A stretch of 62,266 nt of DNA, the filler included. It is 5 parts of 5 records of this genome, joined end to end, with 100 filler letters (N's around TTAATTAATTAA, not from the genome) between each part and the next. Parts side by side here need not be neighbours in the genome. Positions count along the whole stretch, not along the records: positions 30,429 to 53,016 come from DRR723986_9602; 4 more parts are not named here. One strand, given 5' to 3'. This document shows positions 39,911 through 48,861 of this stretch, piece by piece; the stretch's first letter is position 1; every line of letters begins with the position of its first letter. The notes beneath the pieces were generated by a model that was not told the DNA's origin, made no database searches, and saw only the letters and a list, made by a program, of their open reading frames with translations. The position numbers were made by a program, and so were the translations under genes.

Positions 39911-40008
39911 GGAGAAGCCCGTCCGAAGGACCAGGACGGCGACTGCAAGACGGACACCTCGCCTTGCAAGGTGCTGGCTCGAGGCCCCGCCAGGTGTTGG
40001 GAGGACGC

Positions 40009-41550
40009 ATGGAATATTTAACCGACATGGCCGCAAAACGGGCGGAGCTCACGCCCGGGGCGACAGCCTTTGTCGATCATGAAAGCGGCAGATCTTTCAG
40101 TTTCTGCGAGATCAACGAGCGCGCCACCCGGTTGGGCAATCTTCTGCTGGGTCGCGGCCTTGCCAAGGGCGACCGCATGGCGGTGCTTTGCCATAACCAC
40201 CCGGATTTCTTCGTGCTGCTGTTTGCGGCTCAGAAAACCGGCATTCTGCTTGTGCCTCTCAACTGGCGACAGCCGGTTGCCGAGCTGCAGCCCATATTGG
40301 CGACCTCCGGTGCGAAGCTGCTGTTTCATGATCTTGCGTTTGTCGAGATTGCCGAAGAACTTGCCGCCGCAACCGGCCTGTCGCTTCTGCCGCTGGGCGC
40401 CGAGGGCCGGGGTGGCAGTGCTCTTGATCGTCTTCTGACGGGGGCAAGTCCTGCAGCGATCGGCTGCGGCAAGGTCAAGGCTTCAGCCCCCTGGTATCTG
40501 CTTTACACCTCCGGAACGACGGGCCTGCCCAAGGCGGTCATCCAGACGGCGGGCATGGCCTATGCCAACATGATCAACTACTGCCAGGCAACGGGTCTTT
40601 CGATCGGCGAAAAAGGCGTCAATTTCCTGCCGCTCTTCCATACGGCGGGGATCAACCTGCCGACGCTGCCGATCTTCCTGAACGGCGGCATGTCGACAGT
40701 CTTGCGCAAGTTCGACCCGGAGACCGTGCTTGATCTCGTTTCCGCCGGAAACGTCACCTGCTTCTTCGGTGTTCCGGCGATCTATCAGGCGCTGGCCCTG
40801 TCACCCAGGATCGGCAAGACGAACTTTTCAAGGGTCCGGTCCCTGGGGTGCGGTGGTGCGCCGGTGCCGAAACACCTGTTGTCGGAGTTTCAGGAGCGGG
40901 GTGTCACCATCTGCAACGGCATGGGCATGACCGAGACCGGGCCAACCGTGTTCCTGATGGACAAGGGCCATGCGCCCGCCAAGATCGGTTCAGTCGGAAA
41001 ACCGCAGATCCTGACGGATGTTCGCCTGGTCGACGGCGATGGCGGTATTGTCGAAGGGCCGGGTGAGGGGGAAGTCCAGTTTCGCGGGCCGAACATCACG
41101 CCGGGCTACATGGACAACAAGGAAGCGACGGTTGCCACCTTCACGGTCGACGGCTGGCTGAAATCCGGTGATATCGGGCGCCGCGACGAGGACGGCTACT
41201 ACTACATCGTCGACCGGATCAAGGACATGTACATCTCGGGAGGCGAGAACGTCTATCCGGCCGAAGTCGAGAAGGTTCTGGTTGGTCATCCGGCCGTTCT
41301 GGAGGCCGTGGTGATTGGCGTGCCTGATGCTAAGTGGGGCGAGGTCGGTGCAGCTTTCCTGATTGTGCGGCCCGGTGAAGACCTCGACACGACGACGTTG
41401 TCCGACTGGTGCCGCAAGCAGCTGGCGCCCTACAAGGTGCCGAAAAGCTTTACCGTCGTTGACGACCTGCCGCGCACCGCGGCGGGCAAGGTGCGCAAGA
41501 ACATTCTGAAAGACGACTTCCTTGCCGACAATTCCCTGGAGAAAGCATAA
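40009..41550 (+). CDS. Acyl-CoA synthetase (AMP-forming)
   Basis: YTSGTTGLPK, GMTET, GWLKSGD, DRIKDMYISGGENVYPAE. Confidence 0.95.
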   Translation: MEYLTDMAAKRAELTPGATAFVDHESGRSFSFCEINERATRLGNLLLGRGLAKGDRMAVLCHNHPDFFVLLFAAQKTGILLVPLNWRQPVAELQPILATSGAKLLFHDLAFVEIAEELAAATGLSLLPLGAEGRGGSALDRLLTGASPAAIGCGKVKASAPWYLLYTSGTTGLPKAVIQTAGMAYANMINYCQATGLSIGEKGVNFLPLFHTAGINLPTLPIFLNGGMSTVLRKFDPETVLDLVSAGNVTCFFGVPAIYQALALSPRIGKTNFSRVRSLGCGGAPVPKHLLSEFQERGVTICNGMGMTETGPTVFLMDKGHAPAKIGSVGKPQILTDVRLVDGDGGIVEGPGEGEVQFRGPNITPGYMDNKEATVATFTVDGWLKSGDIGRRDEDGYYYIVDRIKDMYISGGENVYPAEVEKVLVGHPAVLEAVVIGVPDAKWGEVGAAFLIVRPGEDLDTTTLSDWCRKQLAPYKVPKSFTVVDDLPRTAAGKVRKNILKDDFLADNSLEKA

Positions 41551-41553
41551 CCG

Positions 41554-41943
41554 ATGAGCCTGACCGCTGACGCGCAGCACAGCGCAACGTTTAGCTGGAT
41601 CCCCCGTCAGGAGGATTTCGATGCCTTTGCCGATCTGTCCGGTGATGACAACCCGATCCACGTCGATCCCGAATTTTCGGCTCGCACACGGTTCGGCCGG
41701 ACCGTCTCCCACGGAATGCTGCTCTATACGCGGGTCTTTGCGCATCTGAAGGCCCTCCATCCGGGGCGAAGCCATGCCGTGCAGACTTTGATGTTTCCCA
41801 ATCCGGCCTATGCGGATGAGGAACTGGCGTTTTCGTTCACGCCGAGCGAGGACGATGCAGACCTGATCCTGATCGAGGTCGCCCGTGCGGCGGACGGGGC
41901 CGTGACCTTGTCCGGTTCCTGTAAACTGGGGGTGCGGACATGA
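41554..41943 (+). CDS. MaoC-like (R)-hydratase
   Basis: FADLSGDDNPIH...TVSHGML hydratase-2 motif. Confidence 0.9.
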   Translation: MSLTADAQHSATFSWIPRQEDFDAFADLSGDDNPIHVDPEFSARTRFGRTVSHGMLLYTRVFAHLKALHPGRSHAVQTLMFPNPAYADEELAFSFTPSEDDADLILIEVARAADGAVTLSGSCKLGVRT

Positions 41944-42311
41944 GCCTGGAAGTCGGAGCGCGCGCGGAAGTCAAACGCAGCTACACAGAAGACGACATGC
42001 GTGGTTTCGCGCAGCTTGCCGGAAACGGCACGGAAGTACCTGTGTCTGTTCCGGGGCCACTGATCGGCGGGCTCTTTTCCTATCTGCTGGGCGTCGAGCT
42101 GCCGGGGAGAGGAACCAACTACCTGAAGCAGAGCTTGGAGTTTCTGGCGCCCGCCCCGGTCGGGGAGACGCTGACGGCCTCGGTGACCATCACGCGCCTG
42201 CGGCCGGAAAAACACCTGGTCGATCTGGAAACGGTCTGTGAAGCCGAGGACGGCACCCGCATCTGTCAGGGCCGGGCGCTGGTCTATGTCGAGGATGTCG
42301 GCAAGGACTGA
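41940..42311 (+). CDS. Hotdog-fold MaoC-like protein lacking the catalytic motif
   Basis: VPGPLIGGLFSYLLGVELPGRGTNYLKQSLEF; no D-NP-H. Confidence 0.8.
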   Translation: MSLEVGARAEVKRSYTEDDMRGFAQLAGNGTEVPVSVPGPLIGGLFSYLLGVELPGRGTNYLKQSLEFLAPAPVGETLTASVTITRLRPEKHLVDLETVCEAEDGTRICQGRALVYVEDVGKD

Positions 42312-42377
42312 GCCGTTGTTACAGGTATTCGGCTGCTGCGCGGCGTTAGGCTGACCGGGTGCGCATTCGAGGGCCTT

Positions 42378-42767
42378 CTACTCGCCCTCGATGATCCGGA
42401 CCTTGGATGGCCAGAAGGCGTAGTGCCCGGCAAGTTTCTCCGCCATCGGCACCGGCGATCTGTAGACCCAGCCGATCTCCTCGCCATCATGGGAAATGTA
42501 GCTGGCGTCGCCCTTGATGGGGCAATGGGTAGACTTGTCGACATACCCGAACCGGGTCTTGAGATCGGCTTCCGGTACGTAGATCACGGGGTCATAAAAA
42601 GACTTGCCGATTTCAAGAACGCGAACCGCATTGATGCTGTCCGCCAGCAGGGCCGCGCCTTGGTAGATGCGAATTCGCCGGGGCACGTCCTTAATCACCA
42701 TCAGGTGGTCGGGGTTTTCCGGGTTGCGGATCGCCGTATCGAAGGCGGGCATTGTCTGCGCAGTCAT
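42378..42767 (-). CDS. DUF427 (NTP_transf_9) protein
   Basis: LADS...PVIYVP..D, STHCPIKGDASY, WVY. Confidence 0.85.
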   Translation of the reverse strand: MTAQTMPAFDTAIRNPENPDHLMVIKDVPRRIRIYQGAALLADSINAVRVLEIGKSFYDPVIYVPEADLKTRFGYVDKSTHCPIKGDASYISHDGEEIGWVYRSPVPMAEKLAGHYAFWPSKVRIIEGE

Positions 42768-42933
42768 GAGGTCCTCCGTGGAATTGGCCCTCATGTGTGG
42801 ATGGTGACGGTGAAACGCAAAACAATTCTATGCTGCAGGGCACACGGTTTCGCTGGGTTTTGGGCGTTCGCAGGTTGAAGGTCATCGTTTCGGCCTTGAT
42901 AATTCCTGCAGTTCTGCGCTCAAACAGGAGAAC

Positions 42934-44214
42934 ATGAATTTAGGAAGAAGTGGTGCCATGGCCGAAAGCGTTCAGGATTTTTTGAAACGGCTGTTCCTGC
43001 GGGCCGTCGAAGTGGCGGACCCGATGCAGAGCCTTGGTGCGTTTCTGCCAGAGAAACCAGCGGGCCGCGTCGTGGTGATCGGCGCAGGCAAGGCCTCCGC
43101 CCGAATGGCGGAAGCGGTCGAAAAGGTCTGGGGGCCGTGCGAAGGCCTGGTGATCACACGCTATGGCTACGCGAGGCCGTGCGAAGGGATCGAGATCGTG
43201 GAGGCCGCGCATCCGGTTCCGGACGAAATGGGGTTTGTCGCGACCAAACGCATGATCGAGCTTGTTTCCGGCCTGGGTGAGAACGACTACGTGCTGGCGC
43301 TCATGTCCGGTGGTGCTTCGGCCTTGCTGATTGCGCCTGCCGGAGAAATCTCGCTGGCCGAAAAACAGGCGGTCAACCAGGCGCTTCTGGCCTCCGGTGC
43401 GCCGATCGGCCAGATGAACGTCGTGCGGAAACATCTGAGCCGGGTGAAGGGCGGACAATTGGCAGCCGCTGCCTATCCTGCAAAGATGCTGGCTCTGCTC
43501 ATCTCCGATGTTCCCGGTGACAATCCTGCTGAAATCGGGTCCGGTCCGACGGTTGGCGATACCAGCACGACGGCCGATGCCAAGGCGATCCTGGAGCAGT
43601 GGAAGATCGAAGTGCCGGCTTCGGTGCAACAGGTTCTCGCCGCCGGAAGCGGTGTGTTGAAGCCCGATGACGAAAAGCTTGGCCGTGTGTCGAATGTCAT
43701 CTTCGCAGCTCCCTCCCAGTCGCTGGAAGCTGCCCGGACCCTAGCCGAAGCAGAAGGCTGTGATGTCGAGATCCTGGGGGACGCCCTGGAAGGCGAAGCG
43801 CGGGAAGTTGCGCGTGCCCATGCAGAGCTTGCCCTCAGCCGCCAGAGTGAGCGCCCTGACGGCAGCCGGCCCTTGCTGCTGCTGTCCGGCGGTGAGCTGA
43901 CGGTGACCCGACGCGGCGAGGGCATTGGCGGACCGAACGCCGAATACGCCCTGGCTCTTGCCTTTGCCTTGCGCGGGGCACCGGGTATCCACGCGATCGC
44001 TTGCGACACGGACGGTGTCGACGGGGCAGCAGAGGTCGCGGGTGCTGTCATTGGCCCGGATACGCTGGCGAGGGCGGACAAGGCGGGTGCCGATGTAGAA
44101 GAGGCACTTCTTACCAATGACGCTCACCGCTTTTTCGACACGATCGGAGATCAGGTTGTCACCGGGCCGACACTGACGAATGTCAATGATTTCCGTGCCA
44201 TATGGATCGGATAG
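42934..44214 (+). CDS. MOFRL-family glycerate 2-kinase (TtuD/GckA type)
   Basis: GAGKAS, AAHPVPD, SGGASAL, ISDVPGD...IGSGPT, DTDGVDG, TGPTLTNVNDFR; alternative start 42958. Confidence 0.93.
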   Translation: MNLGRSGAMAESVQDFLKRLFLRAVEVADPMQSLGAFLPEKPAGRVVVIGAGKASARMAEAVEKVWGPCEGLVITRYGYARPCEGIEIVEAAHPVPDEMGFVATKRMIELVSGLGENDYVLALMSGGASALLIAPAGEISLAEKQAVNQALLASGAPIGQMNVVRKHLSRVKGGQLAAAAYPAKMLALLISDVPGDNPAEIGSGPTVGDTSTTADAKAILEQWKIEVPASVQQVLAAGSGVLKPDDEKLGRVSNVIFAAPSQSLEAARTLAEAEGCDVEILGDALEGEAREVARAHAELALSRQSERPDGSRPLLLLSGGELTVTRRGEGIGGPNAEYALALAFALRGAPGIHAIACDTDGVDGAAEVAGAVIGPDTLARADKAGADVEEALLTNDAHRFFDTIGDQVVTGPTLTNVNDFRAIWIG

Positions 44215-44286
44215 TGCATTGGCCGGGACGAACGCCCGCAAATCCTTTACCCGGCAAATGGCGCCGGAATTCCCAAGGGACCGGAC

Positions 44287-45468
44287 TTGACTGAAATCAC
44301 CATCACCCGTGTGGCGCGCCTGCCGGATCCATTTCGGATCGAACGGTTTCTGTCCAATCCCAAGCTTGGCCCGAGGACGCTGTTCTTCAGCGGTGGATCG
44401 GCACTCAACGGTGTCGCCCAGTGCCTGAAGCGCTACACGCATAATTCCATCCACCTGGTGACACCGTTCGATTCCGGCGGCAGCTCGCAAGGGCTCAGGA
44501 TTGCCTTCAACATGCCGGCCATTGGTGATCTCAGAAGCCGGTTGATGGCACTCGCCGACGAAACGGTGCTCGGCCATCCGGACGTTTTTCGCCTGTTCAC
44601 ACATCGGTTTTCGAAAACAGCCTCGCAAGTGGATCTGGCCGCCGAGCTGGAAAGCATGATCGCCGGAACGCATCCGCTGGTGGAGGCGATAGAGCAGCCG
44701 ATGCGCACGCTCATCCAGAATCAGCTGGGCATGTTTCACGCCGCACGCCCGATAGATTTCGACCTGCGCGGCGCGAGCATCGGCAACCTGATCCTGGCCG
44801 GTGGTTACCTCAACCAGAACCAGCAACTTGAACCGATCATCTTTCTGGTGGCCAAGCTGGTGGGTGTTCAGGGTACCGTCCGGGCCGTTGCCGACGAGAA
44901 CCTGCACCTGGGGGCAGACCTTGAGGATGGCGAGGTTGTCATCGGCCAGCATCTTCTGACCGGCAAGGAGCATCCGCCACTGGTCTCGCCGATCAGGAAC
45001 CTGTTCCTCAATCGCGGGCTGACCGGCAAGGACCCTGCGGAAGCAGCGTTTCCGGACCGCAACCGGAGCCTCATCCAGTCCGCTGACCTCATCTGTTATG
45101 CGCCGGGCAGTTTCTATACCAGCCTGATCGCAAATCTTCTGCCGAAAGGCGTCGGAAAAGCCATAGCCGCACGCACCGTTCCGAAGGTCTATGTGCCCGG
45201 AACGGGGCAGGATCCGGAAACCGGCACGATGAGTGTTGCCGACAAGGTGCAGACCCTGCTTGCCTACTTGCGGCGTGACGCGGGCAGCGATTGCCCGATC
45301 GACCGTCTGCTCAACTTCGTGATCGTCGATCAAGCGGTTCCGGAGAAGGAAACGGAAGGGCTGCAGGCGCTTGGGCTTTCCGTGCTTCGGCTCGATCTCG
45401 TCAGCAAGGCGTCCGCACCCTATTATGCCCCTGTGCCGCTTTGCAAAACTCTGGTCTCGCTGACGTAA
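44287..45468 (+). CDS. CofD/YvcK-like protein (GAK-system CofD-like type)
   Basis: LGPRTLFFSGGSAL, VTPFDSGGSS, IGDLRSRL, ASIGNLILAGGY, ADLICYAPGSFYTS. Confidence 0.85.
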   Translation: MTEITITRVARLPDPFRIERFLSNPKLGPRTLFFSGGSALNGVAQCLKRYTHNSIHLVTPFDSGGSSQGLRIAFNMPAIGDLRSRLMALADETVLGHPDVFRLFTHRFSKTASQVDLAAELESMIAGTHPLVEAIEQPMRTLIQNQLGMFHAARPIDFDLRGASIGNLILAGGYLNQNQQLEPIIFLVAKLVGVQGTVRAVADENLHLGADLEDGEVVIGQHLLTGKEHPPLVSPIRNLFLNRGLTGKDPAEAAFPDRNRSLIQSADLICYAPGSFYTSLIANLLPKGVGKAIAARTVPKVYVPGTGQDPETGTMSVADKVQTLLAYLRRDAGSDCPIDRLLNFVIVDQAVPEKETEGLQALGLSVLRLDLVSKASAPYYAPVPLCKTLVSLT

Positions 45469-45495
45469 GCACCACCGAACATTCAGGACAAGGCC

Positions 45496-45906
45496 ATGAA
45501 ACGTACGAAGCTTCTAAACCGGCATCTCAGCAAACTGGTAGCCTCGCTCGGCCATATGGACGAGATCGTCCTTGCCGATGCAGGCCTTCCGGTTCCTGCC
45601 AATGTTGGTGTGATCGACCTGGCAGTCAGCCCCGGCATTCCGTCCTTCTTCGATGTTCTGGAAGCTCTGGCCGATGAAATGATCGTCGAGCAGGCGGTCT
45701 TTGCGGACGAGGCATCGGAAGATCTCGTCACGCAGATCGAGGTCCGGCTGGCCCATTGGGCGGCTGACACCGGCAAGCCGATCGAACATGTCCGCATGTC
45801 TCACGAGGACTTCAAGGAGCGTTGTTCGAAGGCACGTGCGGTCATTCGCACCGGTGAATGCACGCCCTATGCAAATCTGATTCTCGTCTCCGGCGTACCG
45901 TTCTGA
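45496..45906 (+). CDS. rbsD: D-ribose pyranase (RbsD/FucU family)
   Basis: LGHMDEIVLADAGLP, HEDFK, VIRTGECTPYAN. Confidence 0.92.
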   Translation: MKRTKLLNRHLSKLVASLGHMDEIVLADAGLPVPANVGVIDLAVSPGIPSFFDVLEALADEMIVEQAVFADEASEDLVTQIEVRLAHWAADTGKPIEHVRMSHEDFKERCSKARAVIRTGECTPYANLILVSGVPF

Positions 45907-45972
45907 CAATCGCCGCAGACGGTGTCTGCAAGGCCTGTCTCGACAGCCATCGATGAGAACTGACCGATGCGA

Positions 45973-46002
45973 GGGAGGAGCGGAAGTGCTCCTCCCATTT
46001 TT
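45973..46002 (+). terminator. Intrinsic terminator after rbsD
   Basis: GGGAGGAGC-GGAAGT-GCTCCTCCC-ATTTTT. Confidence 0.8.
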
Positions 46003-46082
46003 GTTTTCCGAAACGTTGCGACGGCATGTTTCGTTGCAACGTCAGTCGCTTCCCGCTCTGCAAAAAATAAAAATTTGATCTC

Positions 46083-46125
46083 CAAAACCGATTTTGTTGA
46101 CTTACAAAATCGGTTTTGTAAAAAT
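46083..46125 (+). promoter_or_regulatory. Promoter with two LacI-type operators
   Basis: CAAAACCGATTTTG (46083-46096) and its exact reverse complement CAAAATCGGTTTTG (46105-46118) flank a TTGACT -35 box upstream of the LacI gene. Confidence 0.7.
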
Positions 46126-46203
46126 TTTCCTCAATAAAACAATCTGTTGCCTTTTGAGGCTGCAGGCCGGGAATTGAGCCCTTCGGGCTCGCAGGGAGGA
46201 TCG

Positions 46204-47310
46204 ATGTCGCGACTTCGCGATTCCGTCACCATTGATGACGTGGCGCGCCATGTGGGCGTTGCGAAAGGAACCGTGTCGCGGGTCCTCAACAATTACACCG
46301 ATATTTCCGAAGCCACCCGCAAACGTATCCTCAAGGCTGTTCAGGATCTGGGCTATCAGCCGTCGGCCACCGCACGCAATCTGAAGCGCGGACGTCAGGA
46401 CACGCTCGGCATCGTCATCCCCGTGGGTCACGGCAGTGGAGCGGATCCGTTCCTGTCCGAATTCATCGACGGCATCGCAAGAGCTCTCGACGAACTGGGG
46501 CTGGACCTTCTGGTGACAACTGCCCATTCACGCGAACACATGATCGAGACCGTGAAGCGGCTGATCGCCAGGCGCAAGGTGGACGGTTTCATCGTCACCC
46601 GAACGGAAGTGGACGATCCGCGCATCGCCTATCTGCGGGAACAGAATTTTCCATTCGTCGCCCACGGCCGCACGCGCGATCCGGCAGGCTATGCCTGGTT
46701 CGATATCGATAACGAGGCGGCCTTTGCTGACGGCGTTCGCCACCTCTACAGCCTCGGACACGAGCGGATCGGGTTCATCGGCGGTCCGATGGAACTCAAC
46801 TTCGCGCTTCAGCGCCGCAACGGGTACAGGCAGGGTCTGGAGGCCCTGGGCCTTGTGCATGATCCGGCATTGGAAAATCTTCAGCCGCTCAGCGAAAAAG
46901 GCGGCTTTGCAGGCGCCGAGGCGCTGTTGTCGCTGGAGGCGCCACCGACCGCACTTTTGTGCGTGACCGACGCCCTTGCCATCGGAGCGGTGCAGTACTG
47001 CCGCAAGTTTGGTCTGAAGGTCGGCTCCGACGTTACCGTCGTCGGCTATGACGGCCTGCCGGTGGGCGAATACCTGGACCCGCCGCTGACGACCTTTTCG
47101 CAAAGCGCCCAGGAAGCAGGCGGCAGGGTTGCCCGCATGCTTATCGATGTTCTGGACGGCAAGAACCCCACGGATCTGCAGGCCCTTGCCAAGGCAAACC
47201 TGATCCGGCGCGCCTCGGATGGCGCTCCGGCAAATTCATCGGAGGCGCTTGCAAGCGCGCTCCGCGACCGGCTGAACCAACAGCCACATTCCGGCAGGAA
47301 GGGAGAGTAA
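46204..47310 (+). CDS. LacI-family regulator
   Basis: VTIDDVARHVGVAKGTVSRVLN; PPLTT. Confidence 0.95.
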   Translation: MSRLRDSVTIDDVARHVGVAKGTVSRVLNNYTDISEATRKRILKAVQDLGYQPSATARNLKRGRQDTLGIVIPVGHGSGADPFLSEFIDGIARALDELGLDLLVTTAHSREHMIETVKRLIARRKVDGFIVTRTEVDDPRIAYLREQNFPFVAHGRTRDPAGYAWFDIDNEAAFADGVRHLYSLGHERIGFIGGPMELNFALQRRNGYRQGLEALGLVHDPALENLQPLSEKGGFAGAEALLSLEAPPTALLCVTDALAIGAVQYCRKFGLKVGSDVTVVGYDGLPVGEYLDPPLTTFSQSAQEAGGRVARMLIDVLDGKNPTDLQALAKANLIRRASDGAPANSSEALASALRDRLNQQPHSGRKGE

Positions 47311-47311
47311 T

Positions 47312-48661
47312 ATGTTTGGGAGGACAACATTCCTGGCCTCGACCATCGCGGGCGTTCTGACGCTCGGTCTGACGGCCGCACAGGCCGAGACGTTGCGGTT
47401 CTGGACGACTGAGGAACAACCGGAGCGCCTGGCCAAGCAGGAAGAAATGGCCGCCGCGTTCAAGGAAAAGACAGGCATCGAGGTGGACGTCATTCCGGTG
47501 ACGGAATCCGATCTCGGCACGCGTGCCACGGCAGCCTTTGCCGCCGGCGATCTGCCGGATGTCATCTATCACACACTGCAATACGCGCTGCCCTGGGCGG
47601 AAGCAGGCATCCTGGATACGGAAGCTGCGACCGAAGTGTTTGAAAAACTGGGTGCCGGCACATTCGCGCCGGGTGCGGTTGCCATGGCTGCCGTTGAGGA
47701 CGGCGTCGCCTCCGTGCCTGTGGACGGCTGGACCCAGATGGTGATCTACCGCAAGGACCTCTTTGAGGAAAACGGCCTTGCCGCTCCGGACAGCTATGAA
47801 GACATTCTGGCGGCCGTCGAAAAACTGCATAACCCGCCAGAAATGTTCGGTTTCGTCGCCGCGACCAAGGTTGACGAGAACTTCATGAGCCAGGTGCTGG
47901 AGCACGTCCTTCTGGCCAATGGTGTCAGCCCTGTCGGTGATGACGGTTTCAAGCCGCTGGACGAGAAGAAGACTGTCGAAGCGCTGGAGTTCTACAAGGC
48001 AATCGCCAAGGCATCGCCTCCCGGTGACCTCTTCTGGAAGCAGTCGCGCGAGCTTTATTTTGCCGGCAAAGCAGCCATGATCATCTGGTCGCCGTTCATC
48101 CTGGATGAGCTTGCCGGCCTGCGGGACAGCGCTCCGCCGACCATCACAGACGATCCGACCTCCACGGAACTTGCTTCCAAGACCGGTGTAGTCACCACGC
48201 TGAGCGGCCCGTCCAATCCAGATGGGGCAGCCTGGGCCGACATCCGCTACTTCGGCATCACCAATGACGCGGACACGGAAGCGGCGATGCAGTTCGTCGA
48301 GTTCTCCATGGATGACGGCTACCTGTCGACCCTGTCGATCGCGCCGGAAGGCAAGTTTCCGATCCGTCGTGGTTCAGCCGACAACGCGACCGAATTCGTC
48401 GATGGCTGGGCAAAGCTCCCGGTGGGCGTCGACCGCAAGGCGCCGCTGACCGATCTCTACGATGCCGACACCATCAAGACCATCGTCTCCGGTCTCGACA
48501 CCGCCAGCCGCTGGGGCGTCAAGGAAGGCCAGCTCTCGCTTGCCTCCAAGATGATCAACAGCCAGGTGATGAACCGTCTGGTGCGTGAATACATCGACGA
48601 CGAACGCGATGCTGCGGCAACCGTTGCCAAGCTCAACGAGGAACTGGCCAAGATCCAGTAA
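47312..48661 (+). CDS. Sugar ABC transporter substrate-binding protein (CUT1)
   Basis: Signal peptide; AAGDLPDV; IYRKDLFE; FAGKAAMII. Confidence 0.92.
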   Translation: MFGRTTFLASTIAGVLTLGLTAAQAETLRFWTTEEQPERLAKQEEMAAAFKEKTGIEVDVIPVTESDLGTRATAAFAAGDLPDVIYHTLQYALPWAEAGILDTEAATEVFEKLGAGTFAPGAVAMAAVEDGVASVPVDGWTQMVIYRKDLFEENGLAAPDSYEDILAAVEKLHNPPEMFGFVAATKVDENFMSQVLEHVLLANGVSPVGDDGFKPLDEKKTVEALEFYKAIAKASPPGDLFWKQSRELYFAGKAAMIIWSPFILDELAGLRDSAPPTITDDPTSTELASKTGVVTTLSGPSNPDGAAWADIRYFGITNDADTEAAMQFVEFSMDDGYLSTLSIAPEGKFPIRRGSADNATEFVDGWAKLPVGVDRKAPLTDLYDADTIKTIVSGLDTASRWGVKEGQLSLASKMINSQVMNRLVREYIDDERDAAATVAKLNEELAKIQ

Positions 48662-48861
48662 CGCCTTTCCACCCCTCAAGACCCCACGAGGGGGTGGGAA
48701 AGCCCGCACATAACAGCCCGGACCGGGCGTCTATCGGATGCCCGGTCCTTCCCAATCTCCTGCCGCTGAATTGCCGGCAGCCGAGATGGGCTCCAGACAG
48801 TTGCCGGTTGGGACTTGTCGGTCGCCAACGGCAGAACGGGATCTAGACCCCGGGCGGAAAC

